Below, in pieces: positions 51,455-57,635 of a stretch of 57,635 nucleotides of DNA. Source of the DNA: Microbacteriaceae bacterium (GTDB lineage Bacteria > Actinomycetota > Actinomycetes > Actinomycetales > Microbacteriaceae); contig JABJAO010000017.1 of the NCBI GenBank assembly GCA_018666065.1, positions 1-57,635 on the forward strand, read 5' to 3'. The stretch's first letter is position 1. Each line of letters opens with the position of its first letter. Below the pieces are notes generated by a model. That model saw only the letters and a list, made by a program, of their open reading frames with translations, was not told the DNA's origin and did not search any database. The position numbers were made by a program, and so were the translations under genes.

Positions 51455-52096
51455 CTAACCCACTGTAGCCCGAAAAATTCGGGTTTCTTCCGTACCAAAT
51501 TCTGGACCGGTGAGTTCGATTGTGGGGTTTCGTACACCCCACCTGACGAGCACCGACGAGGCGTCTCTGACCTCATCCTCTACCTTCTGGCCCTTCATCA
51601 AGACCAGCTCTCCGCCGGGACGCAACAGTGGGCCGGCCAGGGGAACAAGAGTCTTCAGAGCGCTCACCGCACGGGCCGTTACATACTGCACGACCACGTG
51701 GCCTGCTACATCTTCAGCCCGTTCATTGAGAACTGTCACATTCGTAAGCCCCAAACGATCGGCCTCGTCGCGCAACCACTGTGCCCGCCGGCCTAATGGC
51801 TCAATCAACGTGCACGCCACGTCGGGACGAATGGCAGCCACGACCAAACCGGGGAAACCGGCACCCGAGCCAATATCGATCAGCGTTCCCGGGCCAATCT
51901 TCTGTGCCAAGAGGGCGGAGTTAAGAATGTGTCGTGTCCACAAGCGGTCTAATTCCCGCGGCCCCACGAGACCCAACTCCTCGCCCCACTGAGCGAGATG
52001 CTCGGCGAATTCGCGAACGACACCAATGGCGTCGCCGCACAGAGCCGCCGCGGCGTCGGGTTCAGGCTCAATCGCGGAATGTTTCACGTGAAACAT
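51455..52096 (-). CDS. rsmG: 16S rRNA m7G527 methyltransferase
   Basis: RHILNS, DIGSGAGFPG, RAV, MKG. Confidence 0.95.
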   Translation of the reverse strand: MFHVKHSAIEPEPDAAAALCGDAIGVVREFAEHLAQWGEELGLVGPRELDRLWTRHILNSALLAQKIGPGTLIDIGSGAGFPGLVVAAIRPDVACTLIEPLGRRAQWLRDEADRLGLTNVTVLNERAEDVAGHVVVQYVTARAVSALKTLVPLAGPLLRPGGELVLMKGQKVEDEVRDASSVLVRWGVRNPTIELTGPEFGTEETRIFRATVG

Positions 52097-52099
52097 TCC
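52076..52099. promoter_or_regulatory. parS site overlapping the rsmG start
   Basis: GGAATGTTTCACGTGAAACATTCC, 24-bp palindrome. Confidence 0.95.
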
Positions 52100-52578
52100 T
52101 AGGCAGAAGCGGTGACAACCGTGTGGCGTTCTTTGCCTTCGCCCTCGGAGCCGGATTGATACCCACGCTCGCCGACCATGTCGTGGACAAGCTTGCGCTC
52201 GTAACTGCTCATGGGTGGAAGGGCTGCAGACTTCGCTCCGCTGTCAATCTTGTCGATCGCGACAGACACGAGCTTCTCCAACTCTTTCTCTCGAGCCTCC
52301 CGAGAGCCTCCAATATCGAGGACGAGCCGGGCGAATTCGCCCGTCTTCTGCTGCACGGCCAAGCGAGTCAAATCTTGCAGTGCGCTCACAACCTCGGGAG
52401 AAGACAACGCGTCCAAGTCGTTGGTCTCGGCCGAGCCGACTGTCACGTAGGTGCGTTCCTGCTTGATCTCAATCTCGATGTCGCCATCGAGGTCAGCTAT
52501 GTCCAGCAGCGTCTCGAGGTAGTCCGCTGCGAGCTCCCCTTCGTCGGGGACGACAATCTCTTGATCACTCTTGGCCAT
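52099..52578 (-). CDS. jag: Jag/KhpB-like RNA-binding protein (KH-like + R3H)
   Basis: AADYLE.LLDI.DLDGDI, ALQDLTRL, ERKLVHD. Confidence 0.9.
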   Translation of the reverse strand: MAKSDQEIVVPDEGELAADYLETLLDIADLDGDIEIEIKQERTYVTVGSAETNDLDALSSPEVVSALQDLTRLAVQQKTGEFARLVLDIGGSREAREKELEKLVSVAIDKIDSGAKSAALPPMSSYERKLVHDMVGERGYQSGSEGEGKERHTVVTASA

Positions 52579-53558
52579 TATTTCCTCTTCTTCTTTTTCT
52601 TGGCACGATTCTTGCCCGTGGGCTGCTGGCGTTGGCCCTTATCGGGTTCGGGCTCAGCTTCCTCGTCGTCCTCTATCAGGACAATTCCTTTTCGCTCGCG
52701 CTTCTTTGCGAGGCGTGCTTCGCGGGCCTGATCTGCCTGGCTTCCGGGAGTGGGCATATTACGGATAACGATGAACTGCTGTCCCATGGTCCAGAAGTTC
52801 GACACCAGCCAGTAGACCATCACACCGAGTGGGAAATACACGCCGGAGAAGAGGAAGACTAAGGGAAGCATGTACAGCAGGATTCGCTGCTGACGATACA
52901 TCGGGCTTTCCAACATTGCCGGAGACTGGTTCTTCGACATAATCTGCAGCTGCGTCACAAACTGCGATGCCGACATGAGGACCACCATGACACCGGCGGT
53001 AATGATGATGCCCAGTGTTTCACCAGAGGTGTAGGCAGAGTTCTCGCCAAAGGCAGCAATCATGGTCGCCTTGAGCGGCGCGACACTAAACAGCGCCGCC
53101 TGACCAAACTGGTCGGCCAAATCCTGGGTCATAAAGGACACACCGGCTCGACCCTCGGCGGCGGTGCTCAGCACGCGGAACAAACCGAAGAAAATCGGCA
53201 TCTGGAGCAGCAGAGGGAGGCAGGAGGAGAAGGGGTTGGTCCCCGCCTTGGAATACAGCGCCATTGTCTCGCGGGACATCGCCTCACGAGAGAACTGGTC
53301 TTTCTTGCCTTTATATTTATCCTGAATTTTCTTCAGGTCTGGAGCAATCTCCATCATGCGACGCTGGCTCTTGATTTGCCGCACAAACACGGGGATGAGA
53401 GCAGCTCTCACGAGCAAGACCAGGACGGTAATCGAGAGGAACCACGCGGTGCCAGAGGACGGGTCCATGCCAAAGGTCTCAAGCACGGCGTGCGAGCCAG
53501 CCAAGACCGCTTCAATGACCCATCGAATGGGCCACAGAATCGTGTCGAAAAATTCCAC
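52578..53558 (-). CDS. yidC: Membrane protein insertase YidC
   Basis: SCLPLLLQMPIFFGLF, YWLVSNFWTMGQQ. Confidence 0.95.
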   Translation of the reverse strand: MEFFDTILWPIRWVIEAVLAGSHAVLETFGMDPSSGTAWFLSITVLVLLVRAALIPVFVRQIKSQRRMMEIAPDLKKIQDKYKGKKDQFSREAMSRETMALYSKAGTNPFSSCLPLLLQMPIFFGLFRVLSTAAEGRAGVSFMTQDLADQFGQAALFSVAPLKATMIAAFGENSAYTSGETLGIIITAGVMVVLMSASQFVTQLQIMSKNQSPAMLESPMYRQQRILLYMLPLVFLFSGVYFPLGVMVYWLVSNFWTMGQQFIVIRNMPTPGSQADQAREARLAKKRERKGIVLIEDDEEAEPEPDKGQRQQPTGKNRAKKKKKRK

Positions 53559-53562
53559 GTGC

Positions 53563-53865
53563 TTACCTTCCCTTTACTCCGACAAACCCTACCGGTCCGA
53601 TCTCATAGACCGACCGTGGGCCCGGCGGTGGATCATCGATCCCACCTCGTGACCACGGGTTACATCGCAGAATGCGCCACACACCGAGTGTGGCCCCTTT
53701 GGCAACACCATGGTACTGAATCGCCTGAAGGGTATATGTCGAACAACTGGGATAGTACCGACAGACCTGCCCATAGAGGGGAGAAATGACTTTGCGATAC
53801 GCCAGGAGGACAGCAATCGCGATGTTGCGGGGAACCACCATGATCCAGAGTGCCCAGCGACTCAC
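53563..53865 (-). CDS. yidD: Membrane protein insertion efficiency factor YidD
   Basis: ISPLYG.VCRYYPSCS.Y, RILRCNPW; start GTG 53865 overlaps the rnpA stop (GTGA). Confidence 0.92.
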   Translation of the reverse strand: MSRWALWIMVVPRNIAIAVLLAYRKVISPLYGQVCRYYPSCSTYTLQAIQYHGVAKGATLGVWRILRCNPWSRGGIDDPPPGPRSVYEIGPVGFVGVKGR

Positions 53866-54197
53866 GGGACCAAGGTCCTCATCATGGTCGCCCATTGCGC
53901 GGAAAGCTGCTCGTACGAGGCCTGAGCCGAGGGTGCTTGTGCTCTGACCACCAGATCAAACCCCTGGGGGTGATCGAGGAGGGCCTCTGCAGCGAGAGCC
54001 CTGAAGCGTCGCTTGACGAGGTTGCGCACGACGGCACCGCCAACACCCTTGGACACGATGAAACCAAACCTGCTCGGCGTGAGGTCATCGGTAACAACCA
54101 TCGCCGCGACAAAGCTCGCGGCGCGGAACTTCGAACCTTTTCGGGATACCGACCTGAGGTGCTCGCCATCCACAATGCGGTTAGCCCGCGGTAACAA
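53862..54197 (-). CDS. rnpA: Ribonuclease P protein component
   Basis: RFGFIVSKGVGGAVVRNLVKRRFR. Confidence 0.95.
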   Translation of the reverse strand: MLPRANRIVDGEHLRSVSRKGSKFRAASFVAAMVVTDDLTPSRFGFIVSKGVGGAVVRNLVKRRFRALAAEALLDHPQGFDLVVRAQAPSAQASYEQLSAQWATMMRTLVP

Positions 54198-54211
54198 GGG
54201 AACTTCCGTGA

Positions 54212-54349
54212 CTAGGCAGAGAGGCGCTCGCGGCCTTTACGGCGACGGGCAGCCAGGATTGCGCGTCCGGCGCGAGTGCGCATGCGCAAACGGAATCCAT
54301 GAACCTTGGCACGCCGACGATTATTGGGCTGAAACGTGCGCTTACTCAT
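54212..54349 (-). CDS. rpmH: 50S ribosomal protein L34; not in the ORF track
   Basis: Translated by hand: [45 protein letters not shown]. Confidence 0.98.
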   Translation of the reverse strand: MSKRTFQPNNRRRAKVHGFRLRMRTRAGRAILAARRRKGRERLSA

Positions 54350-54465
54350 GACAAGAACTCCTTGTTACTGATCCGGCCGAATGCCGAGACATCTACTCCC
54401 GAATGCGGGACACTACAGGATAAGCCCGAAATCTCGTCGGGTCAAACTAAATTTCGCAAATGGAG

Positions 54466-54474
54466 TTATCCACA
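54466..54474 (+). promoter_or_regulatory. DnaA box in the dnaA promoter region
   Basis: Perfect TTATCCACA between rpmH and dnaA. Confidence 0.85.
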
Positions 54475-54555
54475 GCTAATCTCTAGTCTGAGCAGGGCAC
54501 CCTGCACCACTTCACAATAGGTCTCACCTTCTTGCGGTGAGAGAGAGGCACTCCA

Positions 54556-55962
54556 GTGGCAGACCCAGAGAGCGATGTACTCGATTTCTGGCACAACGCC
54601 AAAAGCCACCTCACCACGGATAGCCGGATTACTCCACAACTCTGGGGCTTCCTCGATTTAGTAGAACCCCGCGGCGTCATGGCGGGCGTTCTCTATCTTG
54701 AGGTTCCCAACGAATTGACCCGAGGAATGCTGGAGCAACGGGTTCGACTTCCGCTACTTGCCGCACTAGAGAGCATCGAAGACTCCGACATCAGTAGTTT
54801 CGCGATCGTCGTCAATCCCGAAATTCAAAGTGACGTTCTCCAAATTCCTGCTGACGACCTCACTGTGCCGGACTACCCTCCCGAGAGCACCGACACCTCC
54901 CCTGTGTTAGTAGGGCAAGACCAGGCTCGGCTTAACAATAAGTACAGCTTTGACAATTTCGTCATCGGATCGTCTAACCGCTTCTCTCACGCCGCGGCAG
55001 TTGCCGTTGCTGAAGCGCCCGCTAAGGCATACAACCCGTTGTTCGTTTATGGCGGCTCAGGTCTCGGGAAAACCCACCTACTTCACGCCATTGGTCACTA
55101 TGCCCAGAGTCTCTACAAGGGCATACGGGTGAGGTATGTCTCATCCGAAGAATTCACCAACGACTTTATTAACGCCATCGCCAATAACCGCGCGCCAGAG
55201 TTTCAGGCGAGATACCGCGAAGTCGACATCTTGCTCATTGACGACATCCAGTTCCTGCAAGGAAAAGACTCCACACAGGAAGCCTTTTTCCACACCTTTA
55301 ACACGCTGCACGATCACAACAAGCAGGTTGTGGTCACCAGCGATCTTCCGCCCAAACAACTCACAGGGTTTGAAGACCGCATGCGCAGCAGGTTTGAGTG
55401 GGGTCTGATTACCGATGTACAAGCTCCCGACCTCGAAACCCGCATCGCCATCCTGCGCAAAAAGGCCGCAAGTGAGCGCATGGATATCAGTGACGACGTC
55501 ATGGAATATATGGCCTCAAAAGTGTCTTCCAACATTCGAGAGCTGGAAGGTGCACTTATTCGAGTGACAGCGTTCGCTAATCTCAACAAAGCCCCGGTTG
55601 ATATGTCACTCGTGCAGACCGTTCTGAAAGACCTCGTACTGACTGAGGACACCAACGTAATTTCCCCTGCAGACATCATCAGCATCACCGCCACGTTCTA
55701 TCAACTCAGCGTGGAAGACCTGCACGGATCCTCACGGTCTCAAACCATTGCGCAGGCCCGTCAGGTTGCCATGTATCTCTGCCGTGAGATGACTAGTCTG
55801 TCGCTGCCCAAGATTGGCCAACTATTTGGCAACCGCGATCACACCACCGTGATGTACGCCAACAAAAAAATCAGCGAGCTAATGAAAGAGCGGCGCTCGA
55901 TTTACAACCATGTCACCGAGATCACCAGCCGCGTCAAACAGACCAGTAGTTACCACAACTAA
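54556..55962 (+). CDS. dnaA: Chromosomal replication initiator DnaA
   Basis: [34 protein letters not shown]. Confidence 0.99.
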   Translation: MADPESDVLDFWHNAKSHLTTDSRITPQLWGFLDLVEPRGVMAGVLYLEVPNELTRGMLEQRVRLPLLAALESIEDSDISSFAIVVNPEIQSDVLQIPADDLTVPDYPPESTDTSPVLVGQDQARLNNKYSFDNFVIGSSNRFSHAAAVAVAEAPAKAYNPLFVYGGSGLGKTHLLHAIGHYAQSLYKGIRVRYVSSEEFTNDFINAIANNRAPEFQARYREVDILLIDDIQFLQGKDSTQEAFFHTFNTLHDHNKQVVVTSDLPPKQLTGFEDRMRSRFEWGLITDVQAPDLETRIAILRKKAASERMDISDDVMEYMASKVSSNIRELEGALIRVTAFANLNKAPVDMSLVQTVLKDLVLTEDTNVISPADIISITATFYQLSVEDLHGSSRSQTIAQARQVAMYLCREMTSLSLPKIGQLFGNRDHTTVMYANKKISELMKERRSIYNHVTEITSRVKQTSSYHN

Positions 55963-56310
55963 TCAAGTTCAACTTGAGGGTTTCCCACACTGTGGATAAC
56001 TTGTGTAAAACTGCGCGGCCTCTGGGGACGACACGCCTGACCTTTCCACATCGGCACTGAGTTTTCTCACACCAGGCACAATCGAGGCGAAAATTCCACA
56101 ATTTGTGCGCGACGAGTTACACATCTCACACGGATGTAGTTTTAATGCAATTAGGCGAGATTCAGCCAGTTATCCACAAATCCACACAGGTTATGAGTAT
56201 TTCCTTTCTTAATCTCTCCGTGTGACCAATAACGAACCGGACAAAACCCGCTGTCTACTTTGTGCCACAATCGACTACTGGTGTAATCCGTTTCAGAGGT
56301 CAGGTGTCAC
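55963..56310. other. oriC: Replication origin oriC
   Basis: dnaA-dnaN intergenic region; perfect boxes at 55991 and 56170, many degenerate boxes (55981, 56002, 56042, 56092, 56178), AT-rich tract near 56190-56215. Confidence 0.92.
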
Positions 56311-57456
56311 GTGAAATTTGAAGTCAATAAAGATATCTTCAGCGAAGCAGTCTCTTTCGCCGTAAAGCTGCTTCCTCAGCGCACCACTCTGCCGATCCTG
56401 AGCGGCGTCCTCATCGCAGCGGAGGGATCCAGCATCACGATCTCGTCCTTCGACTATGAAGTATCAGCGAAGACGCTGGTTGATGCCACTGTCGATGTCC
56501 CAGGAACTGTGTTGGTATCGGGTCGGTTGCTCGCTGAAATTGCATCGCGTCTACCTCACGAATCTGTCGTCTGTGAATTGTCGGGCACCTCAATGAGTGT
56601 TACCTCTGGTTCATCGAAGTTCTCATTGTCGACAATGCCCGTCGAGGAATACCCCAACCTTCCTGAAGTAGAGGGAGTATCAGGTACTGTTCCGGCTGAC
56701 GAATTTGCCGCTGCAGTGAGCCAGGTGGCGCCGGCAGCCTCCCGCGATGACGTTACCCCGGTTATTACGGGCGTACTTCTGGATATTTCCTCTTCCGCTG
56801 TTGTCATGATGGCGACAGATCGCTATCGCGTGGCGTCACGTCAACTGGCATGGACCTCAACAGGCGTGGGCGCAGAGGGACTTCAGGCTCTCATCCCCTC
56901 TCGTACATTGTCTGAGATCGGAAAAACCTTCTCCTCCACCGGCGATATCACCATCACCATCAATACCGGTGGCGAGAGAGAACTTGTCGCGTTCAGTTCA
57001 GCAGATCGAACCGTCACCACGCTGTTGATCAAAGGGTCGTTCCCTCCCGTAACAAAATTGTTCCCAGCGGAAACACCCGACTATGCAGTTGTCAGCACTC
57101 ACGACCTCATCGAGGCAACCAGACGTGTGGCTCTGGTGTTGGAAAGAGAAGCTCCTCTGCGGTATTCGTTCACCGCAGATGGTGTTGCCCTCGAAGCGCT
57201 TGGTAGTGAACAAGCACAGGCATCAGAAACAATTGATGGGCATCTTGTGGGTAAAGAGTGCGTGGTGTCTTTGAAGCCTCAATTCTTGATCGATGGTCTC
57301 AGTGCAACTCATAGCGAGTTTGTGCGCGTTGCATTCACCCACCCAGATAACCCCAATAAGCCCGGACCCGTTCTCATCACGGCGCAAAAGGCACAAGAGG
57401 GTGGAGATTCTGACGCGTATCGGTACCTGTTGCAACCCAACCTCTTGATGCGTTAG
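56311..57456 (+). CDS. dnaN: DNA polymerase III beta clamp
   Basis: PILSGV, ATDRYR, YLLQP. Confidence 0.97.
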   Translation: MKFEVNKDIFSEAVSFAVKLLPQRTTLPILSGVLIAAEGSSITISSFDYEVSAKTLVDATVDVPGTVLVSGRLLAEIASRLPHESVVCELSGTSMSVTSGSSKFSLSTMPVEEYPNLPEVEGVSGTVPADEFAAAVSQVAPAASRDDVTPVITGVLLDISSSAVVMMATDRYRVASRQLAWTSTGVGAEGLQALIPSRTLSEIGKTFSSTGDITITINTGGERELVAFSSADRTVTTLLIKGSFPPVTKLFPAETPDYAVVSTHDLIEATRRVALVLEREAPLRYSFTADGVALEALGSEQAQASETIDGHLVGKECVVSLKPQFLIDGLSATHSEFVRVAFTHPDNPNKPGPVLITAQKAQEGGDSDAYRYLLQPNLLMR

Positions 57457-57468
57457 TCCGTCTCCATC

Positions 57469-57635
57469 GTGTGGATCAGTCAACTTGATCTAACCCAATG
57501 GCGTAATCACGAGGCCACTCGGCTTGTGTGCAGCCCAGGTGTGACCGTGCTGGTGGGCCCAAATGGTCAGGGAAAAACCAACGTGGTCGAGGCGATTCGA
57601 TACCTCTCGACGCTGGGCTCCCATCGCGTGGGCTC
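57469..57635 (+). CDS. recF: RecF (truncated by the window end)
   Basis: WRNH...[24 protein letters not shown]. Confidence 0.95.
   Translation, partial: MWISQLDLTQWRNHEATRLVCSPGVTVLVGPNGQGKTNVVEAIRYLSTLGSHRVG

Noticed and set aside
51431-51796. Plus-strand ORF starting MFHVKH
   Set aside because: Artefact of the parS palindrome; antisense to rsmG

Overview
Origin-proximal core chromosome of a high-GC, compact-genome actinobacterium. Gene order and protein sequences point to Microbacteriaceae (a streamlined Pontimonas/Luna-like lineage is my inference). Contents in order: the end of a histidine-kinase-like gene, TrmH methyltransferase, orphan DNA methyltransferase, pyrE, xth, AEC transporter, a DUF6421-like gene with threonine aldolase, a HAIR-controlled dnaK-grpE-dnaJ-hspR-clpB operon, a C50 carotenoid cluster (crtB-crtI-crtYe/Yf-crtEb plus divergent idi), dcd, tRNA-Gly(CCC), a Pif1-like helicase, a CopD/CtaG fusion, rpmB-rpmG-rpsN-hup, zur-znuABC with a Zur box, a 2-oxoacid dehydrogenase E1a/E1b/E2 cluster, a small WXG-like gene with a frameshifted lipase-like gene, purB, dnaB, rpsF-ssb-rpsR-rplI, cca, DUF6049-murJ-trxB-trxA, an aminotransferase with a Ddl-like ligase, parB-parA-rsmG-jag-yidC-yidD-rnpA-rpmH with two parS sites, dnaA, oriC, dnaN and the start of recF. 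I see no CRISPR array, prophage, IS element or rRNA. The best candidates for undescribed biology are (1) the DUF6421-like protein, which carries M49/zincin-like metal motifs and sits beside an aldolase and an operator-like palindrome, (2) the WXG-like/lipase pair, (3) an oriC-like DnaA-box cluster upstream of dnaB, (4) a Ddl paralog with altered active-site residues, and (5) a structured rpmB leader. All family assignments come from recognising motifs by eye; no searches were run.
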